Assembly (NCBI GenBank): GCA_963812015.1 | Contig: CAWETI010000002.1 | Coordinates: forward strand, 352,001-416,000 | Length of the DNA stretch: 64,000 bases | Direction of reading: 5' to 3' | Source: an uncultured delta proteobacterium | GTDB lineage: Bacteria; Desulfobacterota; Desulfobaccia; Desulfobaccales; 0-14-0-80-60-11 | In this document: positions 9,733-20,003 of the stretch, piece by piece | Numbering within the stretch: position 1 is the first letter of the stretch | Layout of the letters: the number at the start of each line of letters is the position of its first letter | Program-made: the position numbers and the translations under genes | Notes under the pieces: generated by a model | What the model was told of the DNA's origin: nothing | What the model saw: the letters and a program-made list of their open reading frames with translations, nothing else | Databases searched by the model: none

Positions 9733-10613
9733 GGCCGGGGGTGGGCTTTCTGGTGCACCAGCCTGAGGCGGGCGGCGTCCAGGTGGGTGTATATCTGGGT
9801 GGTGGCCAGGTCGGCATGGCCCAGCAGCATTTGCAGGACCCTCAGGTTGGCCCCCCGGGATAACAGATGGGTGGCGAAGGAATGCCTGAGGGTGTGGGGG
9901 CTCAGGGTCGGCACGCCGGCCTTGAGGGCGTACTGTTTCAAAAGCTTCCAAAAACCCTGGCGGGAGAGTCTGCCGCCCCGCCGGTTGATGAACACGTAGG
10001 GGCTCTCCCGGCCCTGGAGCAGACGGGGCCGGGCCTGTTCCAGATAAATCTGCAACTTCTCCACCGCCCCGGGAACCATGGGCACCACCCGCTCTTTGGA
10101 GCCTTTGCCCAGGGGGCGCACCACCCCCCGGCGCAGGTCCAGTTGCTTGAAGGTCAGGCCCACCAGCTCCGAAACCCTGAGACCCGTGGCATAGAGCACC
10201 TCCAGGAGCGCCAGGTCCCGCAGCCCCCCGGGGGTGCCGGGGTCAGGGGCGGCCAGCAGCGCCGCCACATCCTGCTCCCCCAGCACCCGGGGCAGCCGTT
10301 GGGGCAGGCGGGGCGAATCCAGCAGCTCCACGGGGTTGGTTTCCACCTCTCCTTCCCGCTGCAGGAAGCGGAAAAATTGCCGCAAGGCCGACAGCCCCCG
10401 GGCCCGGCTCCGGGCCGACAACCCTCGGGCTTCCTGGGCGGCGAAATAGGCTTGCAGGTCGGCGAGGTCCACCGCAACCCAGTCCGTCCGTCCCCGCTCT
10501 TCGAGAAAAACCCAAAAATCCCGGAGGTCCCGGGCATAGGCGGTCACGGTCAAGGGGGCCAGGCCCCGCTCCACCTCCAGATGCTGATAAAATCGGTTGA
10601 GCGCCGCGTCCAT
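9729..10613 (-). CDS. xerD: Site-specific tyrosine recombinase XerD
   Basis: VERGLA, LYATGLRVSEL, GKGSKERVVP, SRQGFWK, SPHTLRHSFATHLL, LGHADLATTQIYTH. Confidence 0.95.
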   Translation of the reverse strand: MDAALNRFYQHLEVERGLAPLTVTAYARDLRDFWVFLEERGRTDWVAVDLADLQAYFAAQEARGLSARSRARGLSALRQFFRFLQREGEVETNPVELLDSPRLPQRLPRVLGEQDVAALLAAPDPGTPGGLRDLALLEVLYATGLRVSELVGLTFKQLDLRRGVVRPLGKGSKERVVPMVPGAVEKLQIYLEQARPRLLQGRESPYVFINRRGGRLSRQGFWKLLKQYALKAGVPTLSPHTLRHSFATHLLSRGANLRVLQMLLGHADLATTQIYTHLDAARLRLVHQKAHPRP

Positions 10614-10722
10614 GGGATCAAATTAAAGGGAATGGATTTTTGAGAAAAGGACCGGGGGAGTTTTTTATAATTTTTGTAAGAGACTCTCCCGTCCTCCCCT
10701 CAAACTCCCATCCCGGCCTCCT

Positions 10723-10972
10723 GTAGGGGCGGACCGACGTGTCCGCCCTAGCCGGGCGCACATATAGTGGTGTGTTTCATAAAGGTGACACGGGGAAACC
10801 AGGTTTTTTACCCCCCCTTTACTAAAGGGAGGCAGGGGGGATTTTAATAAGAGCTTGAAATCCCCCTAAATCCCCCTTTTTCAAAGGGGGACTTAACCTG
10901 CCAAGTCCGGTGCTCCCAGCCTGCATTTATGTCCAGCTAATTATGAAACGTTCCACTAGGCGCTCCCCTATA
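10723..10972. repeat. GTAG-type REP doublet interrupted by a MITE
   Basis: GTAGGGGCGGACCGACGTGTCCGCCC followed by GGGCGCACATA|TAG|GCGCTCCCCTAT split by the element at 10765-10958. Confidence 0.65.
10765..10958. mobile_element. MITE type B, copy 1 (TA-bounded, IS630-like ends)
   Basis: IRs TAGTGGTGTGTTTCATAA / TTATGAAACGTTCCACTA (15/18); near-identical inverted copy at 32391-32586. Confidence 0.85.
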
Positions 10973-11142
10973 AGAAAACGGGATTTATTTGCTATAATTC
11001 GCTTAAGATTATACCCTGAGTTTCATAAAAGTATAGCTGAAGGGGACAGAAAGAATGGGGCGCGGTGCGCACCCTCCATGCGGCCTGCCTCAGCCGGTCC
11101 TTTGTCTTGGCTGATGGTTGACTGCTGGCTGCTGATAGCTCT

Positions 11143-11904
11143 ATGACCCAGATCATCTACGGACGCCACCCGGTCCTAGCCGCTCTTCGCCAGCCCGACA
11201 CCCCCCTGGAGGAGATCATCGTGGCCGAAGGGGCCGGGGGCAAATGGCTGCACGAAGTGCGCCGGGATGCCCGGGCCGCGGGGGTGCGTCTGAGGCTGGC
11301 CGAGCGGGCCGTCCTGGATCGTCTCTGCGGCACCCCGAACCATCAGGGGATCCTGGCCCGCCGGGGCAGTTATGCCTACCGGAGCGAGGCCGAGCTTCTG
11401 GACGATTTGGCCGCCCGGCATGAGCCGGCCTTGCTGGTGGCCGCGGACAGCCTCACCGATCCCATGAATTTAGGAAACCTCTGCCGCAGCGCCCTGGCCG
11501 CGGGGGCCCAGGGCCTCGTCATCCCCAAGGACCGGGCCGCGGGGGTGAGCCCCACCGTGGCCAAGGCCGCGGCCGGCGCCCTGGAATACCTCACGGTCTA
11601 CCGGGTGACCAACCTGGCCGACTGCCTGGGCCGGCTCAAAGACGCCGGCCTCGCCATCATCGGCACCGCGGCCGATGCTCCCCAGAGTCTTTATGCCACC
11701 GACCTGACCCAGCCCCTGGTCCTGGTCATCGGCAGCGAAGACAAGGGGATGCGCCCCCGGGTGGCAAAACAGTGCGACCTGGTGGTGTCCATTCCCATGG
11801 CCGCCCCGGAGATCGGCTCGCTGAACGCCGCCGCCTCCGGCGCCGTGGCCCTCTTCGAGGCGCGGCGCCAGCGATTGCGCAAGGAGGGTGGGGGAGGGGG
11901 CTAA
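11143..11904 (+). CDS. rlmB: 23S rRNA (guanosine-2'-O)-methyltransferase RlmB
   Basis: IYGRHPV, NHQG, DPMNLG, VIGSEDKGMR, SLNAA SPOUT motifs. Confidence 0.92.
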   Translation: MTQIIYGRHPVLAALRQPDTPLEEIIVAEGAGGKWLHEVRRDARAAGVRLRLAERAVLDRLCGTPNHQGILARRGSYAYRSEAELLDDLAARHEPALLVAADSLTDPMNLGNLCRSALAAGAQGLVIPKDRAAGVSPTVAKAAAGALEYLTVYRVTNLADCLGRLKDAGLAIIGTAADAPQSLYATDLTQPLVLVIGSEDKGMRPRVAKQCDLVVSIPMAAPEIGSLNAAASGAVALFEARRQRLRKEGGGGG

Positions 11905-12153
11905 GGGCAAAAGCCCTTACGCTTACAAAAATTACCAAAAAACTCTCCCGCGCCCCCTCCCCCAATCCCGTCAATAGGTTGAGATAGGGTTTGAGATGCC
12001 CCCCATTTCCGTCTCCATTCCGGATAAACTTCTCTCCGTTCACCTGAGGGCTCACCCAAATCAATGATCCACATCGCCCGTTGCAGCCGGGAAATTGCCA
12101 AACTGCGCCAAACTGAGACTCAAGCCTTGCCAGACGCACAGACTGGGGGTATC

Positions 12154-12828
12154 ATGCGGCCTATGGGGCGCATCTGGACATGGCGGGAAGAGGCCGCCGG
12201 GCAGTTCTGGGAAGAGGCCCGGGCGGTCCTGGCCGGCAACGGCATCGTCGCGGTGCCCACGGAAACTTTTTTCGGGCTGGCCGTCAACCCTTTTCAGGAG
12301 GAGGCTTTAGACCGGCTCTTTGCCCTCAAGGCGCGGTCCCCGGAAAAACCGGTGCTGGTCCTGGTGGCCGGACCAGAGATGCTGACCCGGGTGGTCCGGG
12401 AGGTGCCTGAGGCCGCCATCCGGCTCATGGCCCGGTTCTGGCCCGGCCCTCTGACCATTATCTTCCCCTGCCAGCCCCATCTCCCCCGGCTGCTCACCGG
12501 GGGCACCGGGACCGTGGGCGTGCGTCACCCCCGCCAGCCCCTCACCTGCCGCCTGGTCACCGCGTTGGGGCACCCCGTTACCGGCACCAGCGCCAATCGC
12601 GCCGGGGCCCCGCCTCTCACCCGGGCCGCGGAAGTCGCCCAGGAGTTCGGCGCCGGCGTGGACCTGATCCTGGACGCGGGCCCCTGTCCCGGGGGATTGC
12701 CGTCCACCATCGTGGATGTGACGAGTTCCCTACCCCGCCTGGTGCGAGCCGGGGTGATTTCCCCGGCGGAACTGGTTAAAATTATGCCTGAGATGGAAGG
12801 AAATTTTGCCTTGGAGGGCTCACAGTGA
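12154..12828 (+). CDS. tsaC: L-threonylcarbamoyladenylate synthase (YrdC/Sua5 domain)
   Basis: VPTETFFGL, LKARSPEKP, FWPGPLT, TSANRAG, PSTIVD; start uncertain (12154 or 12163). Confidence 0.92.
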   Translation: MRPMGRIWTWREEAAGQFWEEARAVLAGNGIVAVPTETFFGLAVNPFQEEALDRLFALKARSPEKPVLVLVAGPEMLTRVVREVPEAAIRLMARFWPGPLTIIFPCQPHLPRLLTGGTGTVGVRHPRQPLTCRLVTALGHPVTGTSANRAGAPPLTRAAEVAQEFGAGVDLILDAGPCPGGLPSTIVDVTSSLPRLVRAGVISPAELVKIMPEMEGNFALEGSQ

Positions 12829-13799
12829 AAGACCCGGCGGTGGCGGCCCTTGACCTGGGGGGGGCCAATGTCCGACTGGCCCTGGTGAACCCCCAGGGCC
12901 GGATCCTCTCCCGGTGGGAGCGGGCCACGGCCTCTATGCCCGATCAGGAAACTTTGGTGTCCACCCTGGCGGCTGACCTCAACCGTGCCGGCGAAGCCGC
13001 CCGGGACCGGGGTTGGGAGATCAAAGGGGTGGGCCTCGGGGTGCCGGGGCGGATTCTGCCCCGGGAAGGCCGGGTGGTCTTTTCCCCCAACGTGCCGGCT
13101 TTGAATGAGTGCCCCCTCATTGACCGGCTTGCCCCCCTGGTCGGCTTGCCCCTGTTCCTGGAGAACGATGCCAACCTCTTCGCCCTGGGGGAGCACTGGC
13201 TGGGGGCCGGAGTGGGCCATGAGCATATGCTGGGGATTACCCTGGGAACCGGGGTGGGAGGCGGGCTGATCCTCAACGGCCGGCTGTGGGCCGGCACTGA
13301 GGGCACGGCCGGGGAAATCGGCCATTTGACCGTGGACCCGGAGGGCCGCAAATGCCACTGCGGCAACCGGGGCTGTCTGGAAACCATGGCCTCGGCCTTC
13401 TGGACGGTGGTTTGGGTCAAGGAACAACTGGCCCAGGGGGCTGTTTCCTGGCTGCGGGAACTCTATGACGCCGACCCCGACGCCATCCAGGGTGAGACCC
13501 TGGTGGTGGCGGCTTTGCAGCGTGACCCCTTGGCCCAACGGGCCTTTGACCGGGTAGGGCGCAGTCTGGGACAGGCCATTGCCGGGGTGGTGCACCTCCT
13601 GGGAATTTCCCGGGTGGTCATCGGCGGCCGGTTTGCCCGAGCCTGGGCAGTGTTCCAGTCCCCCTTGGAGGAGGAACTGCACCATCGCCTCACCCTGTTT
13701 CCCCCGGAAGCGGTGAGCGTCTGCCCGGCTCAACTGGAAGACGACGCCGGCTTGGTGGGGGCCGCCCGCCTGGCCTGGCAGGCTTTAGAAGAACCGTAA
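12825..13799 (+). CDS. ROK family kinase (glucokinase-like)
   Basis: ALDLGG, ENDAN, TLGTGVGGG, GEIGH, CHCGNRGCLE. Confidence 0.9.
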   Translation: MKDPAVAALDLGGANVRLALVNPQGRILSRWERATASMPDQETLVSTLAADLNRAGEAARDRGWEIKGVGLGVPGRILPREGRVVFSPNVPALNECPLIDRLAPLVGLPLFLENDANLFALGEHWLGAGVGHEHMLGITLGTGVGGGLILNGRLWAGTEGTAGEIGHLTVDPEGRKCHCGNRGCLETMASAFWTVVWVKEQLAQGAVSWLRELYDADPDAIQGETLVVAALQRDPLAQRAFDRVGRSLGQAIAGVVHLLGISRVVIGGRFARAWAVFQSPLEEELHHRLTLFPPEAVSVCPAQLEDDAGLVGAARLAWQALEEP

Positions 13800-14495
13800 G
13801 TTACGGGGCGGGCCGGGGGAATTTTTGGCAATCGCGTCCTCGGGCTCTCCTTGATCAGAATTTCCCCGAGGCCCTGCAGCCGCAAGCTGAGCCTGCGGCC
13901 CCCAATCAGCGCATCTGGATCGCAACCCAGTAACACATTGCCCTAAAGGGCGCGGTGGCGGGTGGCGGACCAGGGTCCCGGGGTTTCCCGGGGGCTGCCG
14001 GCTCCGAGCAGACGCCAACCAGGACCGCCGTTTTTCCCGTTCTCCAGCCTGCCGCCCGGGCCCGGCAAGTCTAGTAAAACCCCCTCCCCACCTCGAGTAG
14101 CGCCGCCCAGCACCCTGCCCTGAGGCTGCGGCTTCAGCCTTGGCCGCCGATGAGTTAACCTTCCCTTTAGGCGGCGGCTCGTGGACTCTGGCCCCTTCCC
14201 CCATAACGCATCCTGAGGAAAAACGCACGCCACCGCCACCGGGGGCGCCGATCACCGGGTGCGGCTCGAGGGCGTTAACTGGGCCCTGAGAGGGGGACAT
14301 GGTGTTCTCCAGCGTCCTTGGTTAACAATATTGGGAACAAGTTAATAAACATAATTGTTACTAACTGAAAAGAATCTTGCCAATTCACCAGAAATTGTTT
14401 TCAATATTGTGCTTATAAATCAGCCATTAATACAAAGATGTATATAAATCTCAGCCATCTATTGTGTAACTAATTGAATTTGATGGAAAAATAAA

Positions 14496-14511
14496 TGGCA
14501 CAGGATTTGCT
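14496..14511 (+). promoter_or_regulatory. Sigma54 -24/-12 promoter of amtB1-glnK1
   Basis: TGGCACAGGATTTGCT matches TGGCAC-N5-TTGCW in an AT-rich region 43 bp before the ATG. Confidence 0.85.
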
Positions 14512-14553
14512 TGGGATATTAACAAAAATTCATCTTCGAGGAGAAAGGGTATT

Positions 14554-15777
14554 ATGAATTCCGGAGATACTGCCTTTATGTTAGTCTCCGCGGCTCTGGT
14601 CATGCTTATGACCCCGGGGCTGGCTTTGTTTTATGGGGGTATGGTGCGGTCCAAAAACGTCCTGGCGACAATCATGGAGAACTTTATCCTCCTGGGGGTC
14701 ATCAGCGTGCTCTGGGCTATTTACGGCTACAGTCTGGCCTTCGGCCCGGACGTCCGGCATTTCATCGGCAATCTGGATTGGGTCGGTTTAGCCGGGGTGG
14801 GCTTCGAACCCTTTAAGGCCTATTCCGAAACCATTCCCCATCAGACCTTCATGATCTATCAGGCGATGTTCGCCATCATCACCCCGGCCCTGATCACCGG
14901 GGCCTTTGCCGAGCGCCTGAAATTCAGCACTTTTCTGGTATTCATGGTCCTCTGGTTCACCATCGTTTACTGCCCGGTGTGCCACTGGGTCTGGGGTGAC
15001 GGCGGCTGGTTGAAAAACCTGGGAGCCCTGGATTTTGCCGGGGGCACCGTCGTCCATATCAACGCCGGGATCGCCGCCCTGGCCGCCGCCCTGGTGGTGG
15101 GCAAGCGCCAGGGTTATGGCAACCATGCCACCTTCATTCCCCATAACCTGCCCATGACCATCCTGGGGGCCGGGCTTTTGTGGTTCGGCTGGTTCGGGTT
15201 CAATGCCGGCAGCGCCCTGGCCGCCGGGGCCTTGGCCAGCTCCGCCTTCACGGCCACGCACCTGGCCACCGCTAGCGCCACCCTGTCCTGGGTGGGAGTG
15301 GAATGGATCTTCCGGGGCAAACCCACCACCCTGGGCGCGGCTTCCGGAGCCGTGGCCGGACTGGTGGCCATCACTCCCGCGTCGGGTTATGTGGGTCCCA
15401 TGTCCGCCATCATCATCGGCCTGGCGGCTGGGGTTATTTGCTATGCGGCGGTGTTGGCCAAACCGAAACTGGGCTATGATGACTCCCTGGACGTAGTGGG
15501 GGTGCACTGTGTCGGTGGGATTGTCGGCGCCTTATGCACCGGGCTGTTTGCCTCCAAGTTGGTAAACCCGGCTGGGGGTGACGGTTTATTCTTTGGCAAT
15601 CCTGGTCAATTCGCCACTCAGTTACTTGCCGTGGGAGTGACCCTGGCCTATTCCTTTGTCATCAGCTACATCCTTTTTAAAATCCTTGACGCTACCATGG
15701 GCCTCAGGGTATCACCAGAAGACGAAATCGCCGGTTTGGATATCACGGAACACCAAGAAACCGGGTACAGTCTGTAA
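14554..15777 (+). CDS. amtB: Ammonium transporter AmtB (copy 1)
   Basis: MTPGLALFYGG, HWVWG, DFAGGTVVH, WFGWFGFNAGS, DDSLDVVGVH (twin His). Confidence 0.97.
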   Translation: MNSGDTAFMLVSAALVMLMTPGLALFYGGMVRSKNVLATIMENFILLGVISVLWAIYGYSLAFGPDVRHFIGNLDWVGLAGVGFEPFKAYSETIPHQTFMIYQAMFAIITPALITGAFAERLKFSTFLVFMVLWFTIVYCPVCHWVWGDGGWLKNLGALDFAGGTVVHINAGIAALAAALVVGKRQGYGNHATFIPHNLPMTILGAGLLWFGWFGFNAGSALAAGALASSAFTATHLATASATLSWVGVEWIFRGKPTTLGAASGAVAGLVAITPASGYVGPMSAIIIGLAAGVICYAAVLAKPKLGYDDSLDVVGVHCVGGIVGALCTGLFASKLVNPAGGDGLFFGNPGQFATQLLAVGVTLAYSFVISYILFKILDATMGLRVSPEDEIAGLDITEHQETGYSL

Positions 15778-16131
<354 letters not shown>

Positions 16132-16146
16132 CCAGAATTAAGCAGG

Positions 16147-16175
16147 TCGAGGGGAGCCTCAAGCGCTCCCCTCGA
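16147..16175 (+). terminator. Hairpin after glnK1
   Basis: TCGAGGGGAGC / GCTCCCCTCGA 11-bp stem; weak U-tract. Confidence 0.45.
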
Positions 16176-16407
16176 TTCCCCTCCCCCAGACGCTCACCTC
16201 CGCCTTTCTTGAAAGCTATTTTGTCAAAACCCTTGCGGCGTTTTGACAAATATTCGTTTTCTATCAATATGTTAATCATTAGATAGCAGTCTGCGACCCC
16301 ATTGATAATATTACAAAAATGAATAATAAAATGAGGGCAACAGACATTATCGTAATATTAATGGAAGGCCTTAAAAGGCAAGACATTGATATAATTACTA
16401 AAAAAAA

Positions 16408-16423
16408 TGGCATAACATTTGCT
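16408..16423 (+). promoter_or_regulatory. Sigma54 -24/-12 promoter of amtB2-glnK2
   Basis: TGGCATAACATTTGCT with correct GG-N10-GC spacing. Confidence 0.8.
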
Positions 16424-16476
16424 TAACATTCACCATGAGCGCTCTCACAAAAAAAAATTAAGAGGGGAATATCACG

Positions 16477-18090
16477 GTGAATCATAAACGAGCAATGATC
16501 TTTATGGTGGTATGTTTGGTTGTTATGCTGGTAGTGCCGCCGTTGCTGGTATGGGCGGCGGATGAGGTGGCTCCGGCGGCGCCCGCGGCGGCTGCCGCAC
16601 CCGCCGTTACCGACGCCCCCGACCCCGGCGGCACGGTCGCCGGCAATGTTAAGGACGTGACCGCCAAAGAGGCGGGCAAGCCCACCCTGGTGGAACTTAT
16701 GGACGCGGTGGGCCATAACAAAATCTCCATCAATATTACCTGGACCTTGATCACCGGCTACCTGGTCATGTTCATGCAGCTCGGTTTTGCCCTGGTGGAG
16801 ACCGGCTTTACCCGGGCCAAGAACGCGGTGCATACCATGGGCATGAACATCATGATTTACGGTATCGGCATGCTGGGCTTCTGGCTCTGCGGTTTTGCCT
16901 TCATGTTCGGCGGGGTGGGCCAGGTGGCTTCCCTGGGCATGGGCGCCAATTTAGGCAATGAAGTGACTTTTAATTTGTTCGGCAAAGCCTTCGGCATCCT
17001 GGGCTACAAGGGTTTCTTCCTTTCCGGGAGTGCCTATGATGTCTCGGTGATGACCCTGTTCCTCTTCCAGATGGTCTTCATGGACACTGCGGCCACCATC
17101 CCCACCGGCGCCATGGCCGAGCGCTGGAAATTCCTATCCTTCGCGGTTTACGGCTTATTTATCTCCATGATTATCTATCCCGTTTATGGCAACTGGGTCT
17201 GGGGCGGCGGCTGGATCTCCCAGTTGGGCACCAACTTCGGCCTGGGCCATGGCGGCGTAGACTTTGCCGGCTCCGGGGTGGTCCACATGGTGGGCGGCGT
17301 GTGCTCCGTAGCCGGGGTCATGGTCTTGGGGCCCAGGCTCGGTAAGTATAAAAAGGACGGCACTTCCCGGGCCATCCCGGGCCATCATATCCCCATGGGG
17401 GTGGCGGGCGCCCTGATCCTGGCCTTCGGTTGGTTCGGGTTTAACCCCGGCTCCACCCTGGCGGGCACCGACCTCAGGATCGGGGTCATCGCCGCCAACA
17501 CTATGCTAGCCTCCGCGTCCGGGGCAGTGGTAGCCATGACCGTCATGTGGCTGAAGTTCGGGAAGCCCGACCTCACCATGTCCGCTAACGGCCTGCTGGC
17601 TGGCTTGGTGGCCATCACCGCGCCCTGCGCCTTTGTGCATCCCGTGGCTGCGGTTGCCATCGGCGCCATTGCCGGTGTCTTGGTGGTTTACAGTGTCTTA
17701 ACGGTGGACCAGGTCTTTAAGCTGGATGACCCGGTGGGCGCCATCTCGGTGCACGGCGTCTGCGGCGCCTGGGGGGTCCTCGCTTTGGGGCTGCTGGCCG
17801 ACGGCACTTACGGTGATAAATGGAACAGCGTCGAAGGCACGGTGAAGGGCCTCTTCTATGGTGATGGCGGGCAATTTGTGGCCCAGGTGATCAGTGTCTG
17901 CACCAACATCATCTGGGTCTTCTGCGCCTCCTGGGTGATATTCAAGCTGATCGATCTGGTCATCGGCATGCGCGTTTCTCCGGAGACGGAACTGGGCGGT
18001 CTGGATGTCCCCGAAATGGGTTCCCATGCTTACCCCGACTTTGCCATGGCTAAGACCGGCAGGACAGAAACGTCCAATGGCGAGATGTAA
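16477..18090 (+). CDS. amtB: Ammonium transporter (copy 2, long N-terminal extension)
   Basis: FMQLGFALVETG, FQMVFMDTAATI, NWVWGGG, DFAGSGVVH, WFGFNPGS, DDPVGAISVH. Confidence 0.95.
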   Translation: MNHKRAMIFMVVCLVVMLVVPPLLVWAADEVAPAAPAAAAAPAVTDAPDPGGTVAGNVKDVTAKEAGKPTLVELMDAVGHNKISINITWTLITGYLVMFMQLGFALVETGFTRAKNAVHTMGMNIMIYGIGMLGFWLCGFAFMFGGVGQVASLGMGANLGNEVTFNLFGKAFGILGYKGFFLSGSAYDVSVMTLFLFQMVFMDTAATIPTGAMAERWKFLSFAVYGLFISMIIYPVYGNWVWGGGWISQLGTNFGLGHGGVDFAGSGVVHMVGGVCSVAGVMVLGPRLGKYKKDGTSRAIPGHHIPMGVAGALILAFGWFGFNPGSTLAGTDLRIGVIAANTMLASASGAVVAMTVMWLKFGKPDLTMSANGLLAGLVAITAPCAFVHPVAAVAIGAIAGVLVVYSVLTVDQVFKLDDPVGAISVHGVCGAWGVLALGLLADGTYGDKWNSVEGTVKGLFYGDGGQFVAQVISVCTNIIWVFCASWVIFKLIDLVIGMRVSPETELGGLDVPEMGSHAYPDFAMAKTGRTETSNGEM

Positions 18091-18507
<417 letters not shown>

Positions 18508-18608
18508 GAACGGCGGGGAGGGAGGGGGCGACCTCTCTCCCCGTCGCCACTGCGGATACGTTCGCGCCCCGCGAACACACTATAACCGAATAACCGAACA
18601 AAGGAGAA

Positions 18609-19493
18609 ATGGGTATGGAGAGCATAGGGGTAAAAGGCAAGTGGTTCACCGTCGTGGGTTTGATTCTCAGCCTCATGATCTGGTGGGCGCCGGCCGCCTT
18701 GGCGGATGATGTTAAGCCGGAGGCCAAAGCGGAAGAGGCCAAGGGGCCGGAGCTGCCGACCTGGAATGTGGGGGCCGACCTTCTCAGCCAATACGTCTGG
18801 CGCGGCCAAGCCTTGAGCAAGAACAGCGTGGTGCTGCAGCCGTCTATTACCGGGACTTACAAGGGGTTTTCGTTCAACTCCTGGAGCAACGTCGACACCA
18901 ATGAACAAAATCCTTATGGCCATAATACCCATCGTGGATTTGTCGGCAATGAGATGGACCTGACCGCGTCCTACACCCGGGAAGTTTACACGAACTTTAC
19001 TCTGACGGGCGGCTTAATCTATTACCTCCTGGATGGGAATAATAACCAATTCAATTCCGTAGAAATCTACGGCGGGGCCGACTACAAATTGCCCTGGTTC
19101 AATTTTGGCGTTAATGTCTACCGGGAGGTGAATCACCTGCCTGGCACCTTTCTCCAGTGGTATATCCATCGTGCCATTGATATCCCCTACCTGGTTGAGG
19201 GGATGAACCTGGATTTGCTGGCCAGTTGGAGCGCTGAATTTTCCAATGACAAGGCCGCCTATCCCGTGTTTAGCTCGTCCGGTCAACTAGAAAATAAATT
19301 TTACGATTCCCTCAATGCCGGTTTCATCGGCGCGTCCCTTAACATCCCGGTGGGCAAATATATAGTCGTTGCCCCCAAGGTCCAATACTGGTATGGCCTG
19401 GGGGGTCAGTCCACCGGCACCCTCAATGCCCTGTCGTGGGATGGGCAACATAACCATATCCTGGGCGGCGTCAATCTCACCGTCAATTTTTAA
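18609..19493 (+). CDS. Putative outer-membrane beta-barrel/porin (TorF/TIGR02001-like)
   Basis: Signal peptide ending ALA, SQYVWRG motif, EMDLTASY, alternating beta pattern, C-terminal Phe. Confidence 0.7.
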   Translation: MGMESIGVKGKWFTVVGLILSLMIWWAPAALADDVKPEAKAEEAKGPELPTWNVGADLLSQYVWRGQALSKNSVVLQPSITGTYKGFSFNSWSNVDTNEQNPYGHNTHRGFVGNEMDLTASYTREVYTNFTLTGGLIYYLLDGNNNQFNSVEIYGGADYKLPWFNFGVNVYREVNHLPGTFLQWYIHRAIDIPYLVEGMNLDLLASWSAEFSNDKAAYPVFSSSGQLENKFYDSLNAGFIGASLNIPVGKYIVVAPKVQYWYGLGGQSTGTLNALSWDGQHNHILGGVNLTVNF

Positions 19494-19520
19494 GTGCGTC
19501 AGCCCGGGGAAAGGGTAAAA

Positions 19521-19630
19521 CCAAGTTGCCGTCAAACGACTAATAATCTGCATTGTAGGGGCGGTTCGCGAACTGCCCCTACAGGGGTTGCTATCATAAA
19601 GCCAGAATTACCTTTATGACGGCAACTTGG
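19521..19630. mobile_element. MITE type C enclosing a GTAG REP
   Basis: Perfect 14-bp IRs CCAAGTTGCCGTCA / TGACGGCAACTTGG; internal TGTAGGGGCGGTTCGCGAACTGCCCCTACA (19554-19583). Confidence 0.7.
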
Positions 19631-19757
19631 CATCAGCCCCATTCCTGGCCTGATTCCTATCAGCCCTTGACCCAGCCGCGATTTCAGGTTATTGACCGAA
19701 ATACCGATGGGTGCCAATAAGCCGGAGGCATCCAGGGGTGCCGGGGTTGGATGTTCC

Positions 19758-19786
19758 TTGACGCCGTTCCTTTGGGAGCCTATAGT
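19758..19786 (+). promoter_or_regulatory. Putative sigma70 promoter of hydrogenase operon
   Basis: TTGACG-N17-TATAGT. Confidence 0.55.
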
Positions 19787-19830
19787 GTATCAAGGCACAG
19801 ATTTCCCATGTGGGGATTGCGGCGGTTTTT

Positions 19831-19960
19831 CAGGCGGTTGAAAAGCTGCCAAACTCTTCCCCCGGCCGGTCTGAGCCCGGCGAAGCATCTAGTCATTATC
19901 ATACGTTCTTGATCCCGCGCTTCATTCGGGATGACCACCAACCCGCTTGTCAATAGCCTG
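19831..19960. mobile_element. MITE type D, degenerate copy
   Basis: Ends CAGGCGGTTGAAAA / TTGTCAATAGCCTG; same length and internal CTGAGC..GAAG..ATCT / GATCC..GGATGAC pattern as 52660-52788. Confidence 0.55.
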
Positions 19961-20003
19961 TCAGGGGCATGGTTCGCCTCGGGATAGGGAGACCCAAAAA
20001 TCT

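Noticed and set aside
6919..9999. Long plus-strand ORFs 6919-8280 and 8416-9999 (likewise 25167-27050, 23252-24607, 43094-44359, 47123-48274)
   Set aside because: Antisense shadows of well-supported genes in GC-rich DNA; no recognisable motifs
9729..10613. Tyrosine recombinase as a prophage or island integrase
   Set aside because: XerD-specific motifs and housekeeping context; no att site, tRNA or phage genes
13940..14290. RNase P RNA or tmRNA
   Set aside because: No GAGGAAAGTCC / AACCCGGCTTA signatures or tRNA-like ends on either strand
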